Shown: piece by piece, positions 1-10,676 of the stretch
How positions within the stretch are numbered: position 1 is the first letter of the stretch
How the letters are laid out: each line of letters starts with the position of its first letter
Source: an uncultured bacterium
GTDB taxonomy: Bacteria; Babelota; Babeliae; Babelales; Babelaceae
Length of the DNA: 64,000 bases
NCBI GenBank assembly: GCA_963848965.1
Contig: CAWKFG010000004.1
Coordinates: 480,001 to 544,000 of the forward strand
Direction of reading: 5' to 3'
Program-made: the position numbers and the translations under genes
Notes under the pieces: generated by a model
Seen by the model: the letters and a program-made list of their open reading frames with translations, nothing else
The model's database searches: none
What the model was told of the DNA's origin: nothing

Positions 1-2
1 CT

Positions 3-89
3 AGGCTGCTTTTAGAGCAGCATAACTTTGTTTCTAAACTCTCTGCTGAACAAAAAGAAAAGCTGAAAAAGCTTATTGAAGATCTTTAA
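3..89 (+). CDS. 3' end of a gene entering from the left edge (RLLLEQHNFVSKLSAEQKEKLKKLIEDL*)
   Basis: Open frame from the window edge to TAA at 87-89, followed by a hairpin. Confidence 0.5.
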   Translation, partial: RLLLEQHNFVSKLSAEQKEKLKKLIEDL

Positions 90-129
90 AGTAAATACCG
101 CCGACTCTGTCGGTAGTTCTGTCAAAACT

Positions 130-153
130 AATAGGCGCCTCCGGGCGCCTATT
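130..153. terminator. Intrinsic terminator between convergent genes, probably bidirectional
   Basis: AATAGGCGCC-TCCG-GGCGCCTATT perfect 10-bp stem. Confidence 0.75.
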
Positions 154-957
154 TTATTTACTTAATGTTTTTGCTCGTGCTTGTAATGCACTAAGTTGCG
201 TTGTAAAAGAGCCAAGGTAATGAGGCTCATAAAAAACCTTTTGAGAAGCTTGTATCTTATATGGTTGTGCATATATATAAAGCGAAAGTACTCCTGTTAT
301 ATCTTGTATACCAAGCCTAGAAAAAGCGAGTTCTAGAGCTTCAAGTCGCACTTGTAAAAGTTCTATATTGATAGTTTCTTCATCTGGTGACAAAAGAAAG
401 ATACCGTACTGCTCACACAATGAAAGATATTCGTGAAAAAGAGGGACAACTCTGTTATTAATAATAAAATGAGAAGAAGCTACCATAGAAGGTAAAAGTC
501 CTTTAAAGAGTCCAGCAATAAAACCGGTAGCTGGCTCAAAAAGTGTAAAGCGTGATAAAAGAAGAGGATGCAGTACTTCAGTCATAAACTTTTTAAGAAC
601 AGAATAAGTAGAAAACTTGTTGCGTAGCGATCTATCGATATCTTGTATATTAGGTATATACTGAGCGATATCTGCACTAGTTCTTGTTATTTTCTGTTTA
701 ATAAAACGATCCAGTTTTCTATTAATAAGCTCTGAAACTATAATCTGCCTTTGTAGAGCCTTTTCTTGAGCAGAAGAAAGCTTATCTTGTAGTTTTTGCT
801 TTAGAATTTTAATTCGGTTATTATAAAGAGACTCTGATGGATATGCAATACCTACTAACTGTACTTGCCCTACATAAATACAAGGATCATGAGTACTTTG
901 TTGCTCCATTGCTTTTAAAGAGCTCATTATGATTATAAAAAATATAACTTTTTTCAC
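154..957 (-). CDS. Hypothetical exported protein (signal peptide ...LKA|MEQ)
   Basis: GTG start at 957 preceded by GGAGGTT; hydrophobic N-terminus; this start avoids overlap with prmC. Confidence 0.7.
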   Translation of the reverse strand: MKKVIFFIIIMSSLKAMEQQSTHDPCIYVGQVQLVGIAYPSESLYNNRIKILKQKLQDKLSSAQEKALQRQIIVSELINRKLDRFIKQKITRTSADIAQYIPNIQDIDRSLRNKFSTYSVLKKFMTEVLHPLLLSRFTLFEPATGFIAGLFKGLLPSMVASSHFIINNRVVPLFHEYLSLCEQYGIFLLSPDEETINIELLQVRLEALELAFSRLGIQDITGVLSLYIYAQPYKIQASQKVFYEPHYLGSFTTQLSALQARAKTLSK

Positions 958-975
958 GATAACCTCCATGAAATC

Positions 976-1884
976 ATGAACACTATTGACGAACTGCTTT
1001 ATAGAATCATGCACGAACTAACACCTGTATATCATTCAAAAGAGCATGCTCTTTGGGTCGCTTGGTGGATCCTTGAGCTTGCCACAGGTCTTTCTCGTAC
1101 TCAATTAGTTGCAAAGGGTTCTTTAGTACTACAGCCTGATCAAGAGAAAAAATTAACTTTTATTTTAGAGCAGCATATAAAACATCATATGCCTCTCCAG
1201 TATCTTGCAGGCTCTGTTCCTTTTCTAGATCTTTCTATTACCGTGCGTCCCCCTCTACTTATTCCACGGCCAGAAACAGAATATTGGTGCTCCCTTATTA
1301 TAGAATGCCTTAAGAAGCTAAAAAATCAACCGCTCACTATTTTAGACCTTTGTACTGGTACAGGTTGCATTGCCCTCTCTTTTGCTCATACATTACCTGC
1401 TGCTCACGTATACGCGGTTGATATAGCTGCGCAAGCATGTGCTCTTGCTCAAGAAAACAAAGAGAAAAATAGCATATCTAACGTTACCATTATTCAATCA
1501 GATTTATATACATCATTATCATCAGGTCTTTCATTTGATCTTATTGTAAGCAACCCACCATATATAAGTAGAAGTGAATGGCAAGCATTAGAACCTATGG
1601 TAAAAGAATGGGAAGATCCACAAGCACTTATTGCAGAAGCCCATGGCCTTGCCATCATTGAAGCTATTATCCAAGAAGCTCCTCAATGGCTTAAAAAACC
1701 AATTCCGAATATACCACAGATAGTTATAGAAATTGGTCATACTCAAGGACCTGCTGTAAAGAAGCTTTTTGAAGCATCGGGCTTTAAAAATAGTGTAGTA
1801 CATCAAGATCTTCAAGGAAACGATCGGTTCGTTACTGCATCAATAAAAGAAAGTGCTCACTTTTGTACAGATATTATGAAATGA
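976..1884 (+). CDS. prmC: Peptide chain release factor N5-glutamine methyltransferase
   Basis: PLQY, LIPRPETE, LDLCTGTGCIA (SAM-binding) and SNPPY motifs. Confidence 0.95.
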   Translation: MNTIDELLYRIMHELTPVYHSKEHALWVAWWILELATGLSRTQLVAKGSLVLQPDQEKKLTFILEQHIKHHMPLQYLAGSVPFLDLSITVRPPLLIPRPETEYWCSLIIECLKKLKNQPLTILDLCTGTGCIALSFAHTLPAAHVYAVDIAAQACALAQENKEKNSISNVTIIQSDLYTSLSSGLSFDLIVSNPPYISRSEWQALEPMVKEWEDPQALIAEAHGLAIIEAIIQEAPQWLKKPIPNIPQIVIEIGHTQGPAVKKLFEASGFKNSVVHQDLQGNDRFVTASIKESAHFCTDIMK

Positions 1885-1959
1885 ACATTGCAGTATTTTT
1901 CTACTAATATTATAATCAACTTAATGAATTTCGAACAGCTTTTAATGAAAGAGGAAAAG

Positions 1960-2670
1960 ATGATCAGACGGTTTCTTTTTATCTATTGTATTCTTTCCTT
2001 AGCATCATTTTCTTCAAGCAATGCTATGCGGCTACAAAAAAGTCCTCAAAGCTCTATTGAGGATGAAATTCAAACTCTTAAAGAACAATCAGATGAAACT
2101 ATAACACTATTTATTAATCAACACCTGATACCAAATGATGCACTAAAAACAAGAACTGAAAAACTTTGTCGCCACATTGTAAGTTATGGTGGTTCAGAAG
2201 AATTGGCGCATTTTATTCTTGCTTTTGAAGTTAAGTTTAGTCTTAATTTTTCTACTAGTTCTTCCTTGTCCGAAGAAGAGTGTAAGGGTAAATTATATGG
2301 TTCAATCTTTATGAAGGAATTTGGCAATTACTTTAGATGGAAACGAGTTACACCTGAACAGATAAACCATATTCCGCTGGCCTTACGTCCTGGTATGGAT
2401 TTTCGTTTAACCACTGGTATGCTTGAAGTTATTGTCAAAGAGATACATGGCTTTCATCATGACATTCTTATAGAACTTTTTAAGCTCCATTCGCACCCTG
2501 AGCTTACAATTGAATTTAAAAATGAATTCAGAGAATATTTAACGTTCTTATGTAATGAGGCAATTAAACGTAGTAAATTGTTACATCTTATTCGGCCTTT
2601 TATTTTAACATGTAAAGTTATTTTCAATAAGGTACATTTTGATGCAGAAGAAGAAAGTAAAGGCACATAA
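1960..2670 (+). CDS. Hypothetical exported protein
   Basis: ATG at 1960 after GAGG; signal peptide ...SNA|MRL. Confidence 0.7.
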   Translation: MIRRFLFIYCILSLASFSSSNAMRLQKSPQSSIEDEIQTLKEQSDETITLFINQHLIPNDALKTRTEKLCRHIVSYGGSEELAHFILAFEVKFSLNFSTSSSLSEEECKGKLYGSIFMKEFGNYFRWKRVTPEQINHIPLALRPGMDFRLTTGMLEVIVKEIHGFHHDILIELFKLHSHPELTIEFKNEFREYLTFLCNEAIKRSKLLHLIRPFILTCKVIFNKVHFDAEEESKGT

Positions 2671-2696
2671 AAAGACGATCGTATAATCTTATAAGT

Positions 2697-3323
2697 ATGT
2701 ACTCATTATCACCCTTTATTAGTATTATATGTAGTGATTCTGCGCTTATATGTAGTAGTATTATATTAAAAAATAATATTCCTTTTATAGAAGTACAGCA
2801 ACAGTATATGCTTGAAGATTATAGTATTGAAGGATACTTGTTTAATTATAGTAAGGTTCTGCATCAGCTTTCTACTTTTATCTCCGATCACCATCTTAAA
2901 AATCCAATCATTGCGTTGAGTCTGCATAATTCTTCAGTGAAAGAAGAATTTCACCGCACGTCATATGAAAAAGAAAACACCTACAATGGTTACTACTGGC
3001 AAGAAGTACAGCTAGAACATGATCTTTTTTATAGAGTAGGCATTAAACATGAAGTACTTTTTCAATATCATCTTCTTATGTTTACTGGAAAATTAAATGT
3101 AGTAGTACTTACTACACCATTGATGGCTCTTATTTCTTTTCATAAAAAGTATAATGCTCATATTCCTTTACCCCAGTGTTTATCGGTCAAAGACTTATAC
3201 TCATTTGTACTCAAAACAGCAGAAGCATCTCTTTACAAAGATTCTTTTATTCAAGATAGGGGTATACTTTTAGAAGCGGTAGGATTATACTCGCTAGCCA
3301 GGAGTATTTATGAAACCAGTTAA
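2697..3323 (+). CDS. Hypothetical protein, possibly a divergent PilM/GspL cytoplasmic-domain protein
   Basis: Overlaps the downstream PilN-like gene; ends in AVGL-like motif; weak resemblance only. Confidence 0.4.
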   Translation: MYSLSPFISIICSDSALICSSIILKNNIPFIEVQQQYMLEDYSIEGYLFNYSKVLHQLSTFISDHHLKNPIIALSLHNSSVKEEFHRTSYEKENTYNGYYWQEVQLEHDLFYRVGIKHEVLFQYHLLMFTGKLNVVVLTTPLMALISFHKKYNAHIPLPQCLSVKDLYSFVLKTAEASLYKDSFIQDRGILLEAVGLYSLARSIYETS

Positions 3324-3834
3324 TTTTATCTTCCCTTTTATTACCACCTCTTATTCAGTACGGCAGTGGCTCGTATATTCATTATGCATTATAGGTATAA
3401 CACTATTAGGCATAACGTGGTTAACATATTCTCAGCTGTGTATTTTACTTCCGCTCAAGATTGAATGCACAAAGCTTGAGAAGGAACAAGCTTTACATGA
3501 AGATGAAGCTCCTTCAAAGCAAAAGCTTATCTTTCAATACAAAAATATAAAAAAACTCTATAAGCTTCTTTCTACTAAAGAAACATTGCCTTATAAGTTT
3601 TTACTATCGCTTGCACAAGCTATTGGCCACGATATGTGGCTCGATGAAATTCATTGTATCCGTGCCAAAAAAGTTGTTCTTAAAGGACAAACGTATAATT
3701 CATTCTCTCTAGCACCCTTTATTACAGCGCTTTCTGAAAAACTACCGCAAGCAAAAATCTCGATGAACAATTTTACTAACAAAGAGAAGTATTTTTCCTA
3801 TGAGCTTGAAGTACTTTTTAGAGAGATACGTTAA
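3310..3834 (+). CDS. PilN/GspL-like membrane protein
   Basis: N-terminal TM helix, coiled coil, then 'DMWLDEI...VVLKGQT...FITALS...FSYEL' ferredoxin-like pattern typical of PilN. Confidence 0.6.
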   Translation: MKPVNFIFPFITTSYSVRQWLVYSLCIIGITLLGITWLTYSQLCILLPLKIECTKLEKEQALHEDEAPSKQKLIFQYKNIKKLYKLLSTKETLPYKFLLSLAQAIGHDMWLDEIHCIRAKKVVLKGQTYNSFSLAPFITALSEKLPQAKISMNNFTNKEKYFSYELEVLFREIR

Positions 3835-4007
3835 TTGATACTGCAATTACCAGCAAACAAAAGTAAACTATCTCATGCTTCAAATCATTTCATTGCTTAC
3901 AAGTTAACAAACTACTTTTCTATAAAATCATAATACTATTGATTACTTTTTTTAATTTCTATTATAATTAAAATTAGAAATAAATACGTCACCAAAAAAG
4001 GAGAAGC

Positions 4008-4385
4008 ATGAAAAAACAGCTCTTATTTCTTACGTTTGGTTCTTTAGTAAGCACTTCTCTCTCAAGTATTGCCGCACAATACCAAGAAGCTGAGCCAGCA
4101 GGTACTACAGAATATACTGATGTAGAATACACGCCTGGTGCTTACAGAAGCTACTATCGTCAAGGAGCTCCATGGTTTGGAAGCTCTCATGATCGTTGGG
4201 GTTACCATTGGCGCCATGCAGATACGCCTTATCGTACCGGATGGCATGATAAGAGGCACCATCGTAAATGGGGCCGTCATGGATTCAATGGAAGACAGCA
4301 CGATTGGCGTCATAAAAGCCACAGACGTCATCATGGTAGCCACAATCACCACAGTGAACATCATAGCGGTCATCACAGACACTAA
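4008..4385 (+). CDS. Secreted His/Arg/Gly/Trp-rich low-complexity protein
   Basis: AGGAG RBS, signal peptide, His-rich C-terminus, downstream hairpin. Confidence 0.75.
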   Translation: MKKQLLFLTFGSLVSTSLSSIAAQYQEAEPAGTTEYTDVEYTPGAYRSYYRQGAPWFGSSHDRWGYHWRHADTPYRTGWHDKRHHRKWGRHGFNGRQHDWRHKSHRRHHGSHNHHSEHHSGHHRH

Positions 4386-4392
4386 TAAGAAA

Positions 4393-4419
4393 AAGGGGCC
4401 CTGTATAGAGGGCCTTCTT
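4393..4419. terminator. Hairpin between convergent genes
   Basis: GGCCCT...AGGGCC stem flanked by A/T-rich runs. Confidence 0.55.
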
Positions 4420-6513
4420 CTATACCTTAGTTAGTAAAAAAGAAACAACTTTGTAAAGAGTATGTGAAAGTGACCAGGCAACAAAAATAAGTTTTGAAAA
4501 AGCATATCCTAAAATAAGAAGTCCTATATAACGAATGTATGGCCTGCTATAGAGTATTCCGTAAGCACATAACAAAGCTGAACAAGTACCATAATATAAG
4601 GTGAGCATACATGCTAGTATCTCCTGCTTAAAGCTTGTAGAAAGTGCATAAAAGAAATGCTTATCATCAATAACTTTGTGTAATGCACCATAATAATCAG
4701 CCCATCCTATAATATACATACGAGCCCATGCAAATAACGAAACAAAAAGAGCAGCTCGACAGCACACTAAAATCCATAGTCCCTTGCGATTCAGGGGTGC
4801 AACACGATTGAAAAAGAGTGTAAGACTTAAAAATACAAAAGAGAAAGAGCCAAATAACCAAGTAAACTCAGAAATGGTCTGTAATGATGATGCTATCCAA
4901 TAATACATACCAAAAAGATAGAGCCCCTCTGCAAGCGAAAGTATCCCTAAAGCAAAAAGTAATCTTCTTTCATAAAGATATCCTCCCATTATCAATAAAG
5001 ATCCATAAAAAGCACACGCTATTGATAGGTAAGGAGTATGTACATGTGTGTTTAACCAATAAAAGCCTACAAGCGTTGCAGCTGCTTCAAGGAGCTCTGG
5101 CAAAAGAAGCTCTTGGTTACTTAATTGATCTTTAAAACGATGAGCAACTAAAGAAGTAAGCCCCAACATTCCACCGGTCATACCAAGCGCTAAGGAAGTA
5201 TTATGATAAAAAAGCGATGCTACTTCTTGTTGATAAAATATATGACTTATAAGTTGAAAAAATGAGCTCATCCATACAAAAAAAGAAAAGAAGCGCAGAT
5301 ATTTTTCTTGTATAAGAAAGCTTATCCCAAAAAGAACAAGAGCATAACTTTGCAGCGCAATAATAAGAGCTTTTGCAGTAAAATGAAGACCAATTACTCC
5401 TGTATAGAATCCTACTGCCAATGCTAATGTTGTACTTGTTAACGCCCGAGGAGCAGAAGTAAATACATGCACTATTACCGCTACTATACTATAAAGAGTA
5501 CCAAAAAGAAGACATAAATATTTGGCAAATTCTAATGAAGGACCTGTAGGTAAGAGTTCAAACAGTCCTGTCTGCATAAGAGTATAACGACAGAGCTGTA
5601 CATGAAAGAATAAAAAACTTACCAACGTAGAAGATGCAATAAGAAACACGTTAAATAATGAAAGTGTTTTTGGTCGTACTAAAAGAGAGCAAAAAGGAAT
5701 ACCTGTACACACAAGAAATAAGAGAGTACCAAAAACACTCATATAAGGTACTGACAGCGTAGCACCACTCATCCCATATACTGCAAGTCCACCAAGCGAG
5801 AGAAGCTGTACGTATCTCCACTCTTGCCAAAAAGAAACGCCAAAAGCACTTATACCTGCTGCAAATACGCCCATAAGAACTTGTAATGAATCAAGCCCTG
5901 GTATTACTAATGGCATTACCACTGCTCCAATAGTACTAAATGCTAAAGGCACAGAAATAGTATAGCGCAATGTAAAAATAAAGCTCACTATCCATGCTCC
6001 TACACTCAAAGCTACAGCTGTAACAGGACTTATTAAAGAGTAATAAACACTTGCACAAGTAGTAATCCACAAAAGAGCGCTACTTGCAGTAGCAGTATAA
6101 GAAGTTCCTTTATAAGAGCGGTTTTTTGCATATTCAGCACTTACACCAAGCATTAGAGCACTTGCTAAAGCACAAAGCATCTGTGCAAAAGCAGACGGTA
6201 GTCCATAACTCATAAAGTAGCGAAGAGAAAGAAGGCCACATCCGATCGTCCCTACTGATACCATAAAAATAAAACTGTTTATCTTTTTTATACGATCAAA
6301 CACAGAGGCTTTTTTAGGAACCTGCTCTTGTTGAGTTTCCTCTGCAATCGCTTCACGCACTACAATAGATTGTAACTCTTTAATAGTTTCATACGTAAAT
6401 GTTGCTGCTGGCAAAAATTTCTCAAGATTCTTAAGACGTTCTTCTTGCTCAGAAAGTTTTCCATGAAGCTTTTGAAGAGCATCAAGTAATTCTACGGCCG
6501 TTCTTTCTTCCAT
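4420..6513 (-). CDS. Polytopic membrane protein, DUF2339-like
   Basis: N-terminal coiled coil followed by many TM helices; C-terminal 'RYIGL..KL...LYKVVSF' pattern. Confidence 0.7.
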   Translation of the reverse strand: MEERTAVELLDALQKLHGKLSEQEERLKNLEKFLPAATFTYETIKELQSIVVREAIAEETQQEQVPKKASVFDRIKKINSFIFMVSVGTIGCGLLSLRYFMSYGLPSAFAQMLCALASALMLGVSAEYAKNRSYKGTSYTATASSALLWITTCASVYYSLISPVTAVALSVGAWIVSFIFTLRYTISVPLAFSTIGAVVMPLVIPGLDSLQVLMGVFAAGISAFGVSFWQEWRYVQLLSLGGLAVYGMSGATLSVPYMSVFGTLLFLVCTGIPFCSLLVRPKTLSLFNVFLIASSTLVSFLFFHVQLCRYTLMQTGLFELLPTGPSLEFAKYLCLLFGTLYSIVAVIVHVFTSAPRALTSTTLALAVGFYTGVIGLHFTAKALIIALQSYALVLFGISFLIQEKYLRFFSFFVWMSSFFQLISHIFYQQEVASLFYHNTSLALGMTGGMLGLTSLVAHRFKDQLSNQELLLPELLEAAATLVGFYWLNTHVHTPYLSIACAFYGSLLIMGGYLYERRLLFALGILSLAEGLYLFGMYYWIASSLQTISEFTWLFGSFSFVFLSLTLFFNRVAPLNRKGLWILVCCRAALFVSLFAWARMYIIGWADYYGALHKVIDDKHFFYALSTSFKQEILACMLTLYYGTCSALLCAYGILYSRPYIRYIGLLILGYAFSKLIFVAWSLSHTLYKVVSFLLTKV

Positions 6514-6832
6514 TGCTTTTCCTACCCACTCTTAACTTTTTTACTTACTTCATAACCATACTCCAATTAAAGTGCGTTTGCAATCCATCTTTTATACCTT
6601 TCTTTTTATCTTCTATGAGTAGAACTACAAGCAAAATAAGCGAGGAAAGTAAAACAGTTTCACCTTTTGTTGACAAATGTTGTTTAATTCTTACTTATTA
6701 AATGCAAAACATAACTAAATTATTATAATAAAGTAAGCTTAAAATCTAGCAGCACTTTCTATTCGTTTTTCTTTTGAAGGATCATCATCAAAAAGAGTTG
6801 TAAAAAAATTCATGCTCCTTTAAAAACCATAA

Positions 6833-7300
6833 TTAAAGTTTTGAACATACTGCTTTTATGGTAGCCAGTTCTTGAGCTAATTTTCGAGTCCAGTATTTAA
6901 CCGAGTTAAATGTATTAAAATTATCTTCTAAAACAGTAGCAATAGGGAGCCACAAGACTTCACTTGATTCAACTTGATTTAACACAAGCTCTTTTGTGCT
7001 TTCTGCAACCGCTAAATAAATGAAATCTATATGCTCACGAACACCAGGAATAACAGGATTAAGTTGCATACCATATGGCCTCATAAGCCCACCACCTACA
7101 GGAGAACGTTCTCCTATGAGTGTTATGTTCACCCCAGTTTCTTCAAAGCATTCCCGAACAGCTGCTTCATCGGGCAGCTCATTTGGGTCTACTTTACCTC
7201 CTGGCGGTAACCATTTTCCCAATTTACGATGGTTAAGAAAAAGCGTTTGTGTACCTTCTTTATCGAACACATACACAGTTACACAAAATAGTCTTTCCAT
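6833..7300 (-). CDS. NUDIX hydrolase
   Basis: Nudix box GGKVDPNELPDEAAVRECFEETG; HRKLGKWLPPGG and HIDFIY motifs. Confidence 0.9.
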   Translation of the reverse strand: MERLFCVTVYVFDKEGTQTLFLNHRKLGKWLPPGGKVDPNELPDEAAVRECFEETGVNITLIGERSPVGGGLMRPYGMQLNPVIPGVREHIDFIYLAVAESTKELVLNQVESSEVLWLPIATVLEDNFNTFNSVKYWTRKLAQELATIKAVCSKL

Positions 7301-7472
7301 TGATTCTTTCCTTGCTATAGCCTCACTTCTTAAGCTCTATACAACTTATTTTCCCTCATAAGATTCAATTTGGCAAGTCGTTTGTCCTGCTTAGATATCA
7401 AATAAGTATGTGCTATACTAAGTAACAATAAAATTTTATAATTTATACAAAGTAATTTCTTGAAAGTATACT

Positions 7473-8447
7473 ATGGTAACAAAATTATTTGCTCTTATTT
7501 TACCTTTATCATGTTTTATGCCTCTTCTTAGTATGGAAGAGCCTGTAAGCACCTGTGCAGAAGTACTTATCAAAGCAGTACGTGAAGGAAATACTGCTCT
7601 TGTACAATCTCTTATTGAACAAGGAGTAGATGTTAATAACTGCAACAAATACAGTTCAACTGCTCTTCATGAAGCAGCACATAAAACGAGGCCCCACCCT
7701 AAAATGTCACTCAACCATTCTCACACTGAGGTTGAAGAGCAAACAAAGCATTGCAACTTTATCAATGAACAAAAGATTGTTATAGCTCAGATCCTTATTG
7801 CATCAGGAGCCGATATTAATAAACAAAATACTTCAAGAAGCACTCCTCTTATTAATGCTTCTTCTTCTGGCAATGAGCCTGTAGCTCACTTATTACTACA
7901 ACAGCCTGGTATATTAGTTAACGTACAAGGCGCTAATGGCGACACCGCTTTTGAATGGGCACTTATTAATCACCACTATAGTATTGTTGATTTGATTATG
8001 GATCATCCATCATTTGTTCCTCATCCTGCAAGCCCTTACCATAGATCCACTGTCTTACATCTAGCTGCAGCACAAGGTGAACACAAGATAGTAGAAAAGC
8101 TTTTAAAAATAGCACAAGACAATCTTACTACAAAGGATCATGAAGGGAATACACCCCTGCATCTTGCAGCCATCACTGGTAAAGATAAAGTTGTAGCAGC
8201 ACTTATAAAAGACGGTAGTATAGATATGCAAAATAATAAAGGGAATACTCCACTACATGAGGCTATTTTAGGAAACCATATAGCAATTGTTACCATGCTT
8301 GTTAATGCAAGAGCTCGAACTAACCTTAAAAATAATAATAATCTTACGGCAGTAGAACTCGCTACACAGCAAGTAGGCTATTTTGATTGGGCAATCAACC
8401 AAACTCGTCGTGCAATCTGGCTTTTAGTATCTTCAAAAAAGCCTTAA
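7473..8447 (+). CDS. Exported ankyrin-repeat protein
   Basis: Signal peptide; repeats TALHEAA, GNTPLHLAA, GNTPLHEAI. Confidence 0.9.
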   Translation: MVTKLFALILPLSCFMPLLSMEEPVSTCAEVLIKAVREGNTALVQSLIEQGVDVNNCNKYSSTALHEAAHKTRPHPKMSLNHSHTEVEEQTKHCNFINEQKIVIAQILIASGADINKQNTSRSTPLINASSSGNEPVAHLLLQQPGILVNVQGANGDTAFEWALINHHYSIVDLIMDHPSFVPHPASPYHRSTVLHLAAAQGEHKIVEKLLKIAQDNLTTKDHEGNTPLHLAAITGKDKVVAALIKDGSIDMQNNKGNTPLHEAILGNHIAIVTMLVNARARTNLKNNNNLTAVELATQQVGYFDWAINQTRRAIWLLVSSKKP

Positions 8448-8513
8448 ATAGCTCTATATAAATATTATTAATTACTACAAAGAGCTCAGTTTCAACGCTT
8501 TCTGGAGTCTATT

Positions 8514-10655
8514 ATGAAAACAATACATATAGTATATACCTTATTAACACTTTTGCTTGTTTGTCCTCTACAGGCAATGGAGCATACCTCATTAAAGCAC
8601 CTTAATACTCTTCTTATTCAAGCATGTATAAGGGGATTTAAAGAAGAGGCAAACAGTCTTATCAACTTGGGAGCTGATATAAATCAGTGCGACGCTCAAC
8701 GTGGGTTTCCCCTTATGTGCGCAGCACATTTTGGACACACCGAACTTGTAAAATTTCTTTTGTTAAAAAAAGTAGATGTCAATACTACATTTAAAGGTCT
8801 TAATGCACTTACTTACGCAATAGTTGGCACCACCTATCTTCAAAAAGATAAACATATACCTTCTGATAGAGCAGAAGAAATAATGCTAGAAATAGTGGAA
8901 ATGCTTATTAATGCAGGTATTAATGTAAGACTTTATAATGAAGATAATACAACAGCTCTTCATTATGCAACACACTATGGAACTGCACGTATTGCACAAG
9001 TACTTATAAATGCTGGCGCAGAAGTTAACATACAAACAAAGCAACTAAAACTTACTCCCTTAATGGAAGCAGTAATATCAGGACATGTAGATACGGTTAA
9101 AGTACTACTCAAGGCAGGAGCATCCCTTGAGGCAGTAACCTTATCTGGTAAAACGGCCTTAGATATAGCTCATTTTGAAAAGCATAAGGATATCGCTGAT
9201 CTTTTAAGACAGGTAAGTCAACAAGGAATGGGGCATATACTTGGAGAAAGAGAAGTACAACATCTTGAGAAACAGTGCATGACATGCAAAAAAGAACCGT
9301 GTTCTTTACTATGTAGTATTTGTAAAAATGCCTATTACTGTTGCAGGAGTTGCCAAGTTAAACATTGGGCTATTCATAAAGCTATCTGTAAAAGACAGGA
9401 TTCTGTACATACTTCATCTTGTATGCCTCACTCTAGCGATTCTACAAAAAATATCACAGAGTATAAACAACAGTTTTTTCAAGCAGCACTCGACGGCAAT
9501 GAACAAGCTATAAAGACGCTCTTTACCAAAGTAAATATCAATGCACAGGATAAAAAAGGGCGTACTGCTCTTTATTTAGCGGTAAAAAATAATCATTATT
9601 CATTAGTTACATTTCTTTTTGAAGCAGGAGCATCTATAGAAATGGGTACCAACAAATGTAATGTGACACCCCTTATGAAAGCATTAAAAGAAGGCTATGA
9701 AAAAATTGCGCTTTTTTTACTAGAGAAAGGAGCCCGGATAAACGCCACAGATATTTATGGTACAACTATGCTTCATTGTGCTGCAAAGGGTGGCTGCCAA
9801 GACGTTATCTCACTACTTATAAAAATGGGTCTCACGAGCAATGCCACTACCATAGAAGGTATCTCAGCCTTAGCGTGTGCTACAAGAAGTAATTCTTTGG
9901 GTATTATAAGTAGGCTTGTGGCAGCAGGCGCTCATCTTACTATTGAGCAAATAGTAGAACATGCTTTTACTAGAAATGAACAGAAGCTAAGCAATAAGGT
10001 AGAAAAGATATTTGGTGATACAACAACTGGTATACAGCTTAAAGAAACTATCCAGAAAGATTTTTCTCAAGCAAAAAATCATGTGTTTAACACTATGCAT
10101 AAAGATGCTTTAGAATTTATAAAGATGTTAAGCAATTATCATATTCAAACCTATCTTAAAGATCCGCATGCTCACTACAATTCTCTTGCTTCTACTGTAT
10201 ACAAGGAGTGCTTTAACCAAACAGTACTAATATGGGCATGTGCTCTAGGCCATAGTGAAGTTGTAGAAACTGTTTTAGGAAGAGCGCCCTCTTATGAATT
10301 TGTTCATGCACAAGATACTTATGGCAGAACTGCTCTTATATACGCGATTATGTGTGGTTACGATACTATTGTTGATGCATTATTAAGTATTGTACATTAC
10401 TTACCAGAACATCTTAATATTCAAGACAAAAAAGGTAATACTGCACTTATGTATGCAACTGCACAAGGAAACTTTAGTTTATCACGAAGACTTATACGAA
10501 CGGGAGCGCTCTTTGCTCCCGGTGATATTGAACGTGTCATACAACTTGCCACAAAACCAGAAGTACAAAAGATGCTTAATTCTTTTCTTGTACTTTCTCA
10601 GTTGCACATGCTTTATAATACGAAAAATACGCACAGACAACCCTTTTCTCTATAA
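8514..10655 (+). CDS. Exported ankyrin-repeat protein with internal MYND-type zinc finger
   Basis: Many ankyrin repeats; CMTC..CSIC..YCCRSCQVKHWAIHKAIC at 9276-9389. Confidence 0.9.
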   Translation: MKTIHIVYTLLTLLLVCPLQAMEHTSLKHLNTLLIQACIRGFKEEANSLINLGADINQCDAQRGFPLMCAAHFGHTELVKFLLLKKVDVNTTFKGLNALTYAIVGTTYLQKDKHIPSDRAEEIMLEIVEMLINAGINVRLYNEDNTTALHYATHYGTARIAQVLINAGAEVNIQTKQLKLTPLMEAVISGHVDTVKVLLKAGASLEAVTLSGKTALDIAHFEKHKDIADLLRQVSQQGMGHILGEREVQHLEKQCMTCKKEPCSLLCSICKNAYYCCRSCQVKHWAIHKAICKRQDSVHTSSCMPHSSDSTKNITEYKQQFFQAALDGNEQAIKTLFTKVNINAQDKKGRTALYLAVKNNHYSLVTFLFEAGASIEMGTNKCNVTPLMKALKEGYEKIALFLLEKGARINATDIYGTTMLHCAAKGGCQDVISLLIKMGLTSNATTIEGISALACATRSNSLGIISRLVAAGAHLTIEQIVEHAFTRNEQKLSNKVEKIFGDTTTGIQLKETIQKDFSQAKNHVFNTMHKDALEFIKMLSNYHIQTYLKDPHAHYNSLASTVYKECFNQTVLIWACALGHSEVVETVLGRAPSYEFVHAQDTYGRTALIYAIMCGYDTIVDALLSIVHYLPEHLNIQDKKGNTALMYATAQGNFSLSRRLIRTGALFAPGDIERVIQLATKPEVQKMLNSFLVLSQLHMLYNTKNTHRQPFSL

Positions 10656-10676
10656 CTCTATGATAAAGGATTCCCT

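Noticed and set aside
4062..4434. Alternative-frame ORFs 4062-4382(-) and 4138-4434(+)
   Set aside because: Shadows of the His-rich gene; only 4008-4385 has an RBS and signal peptide.
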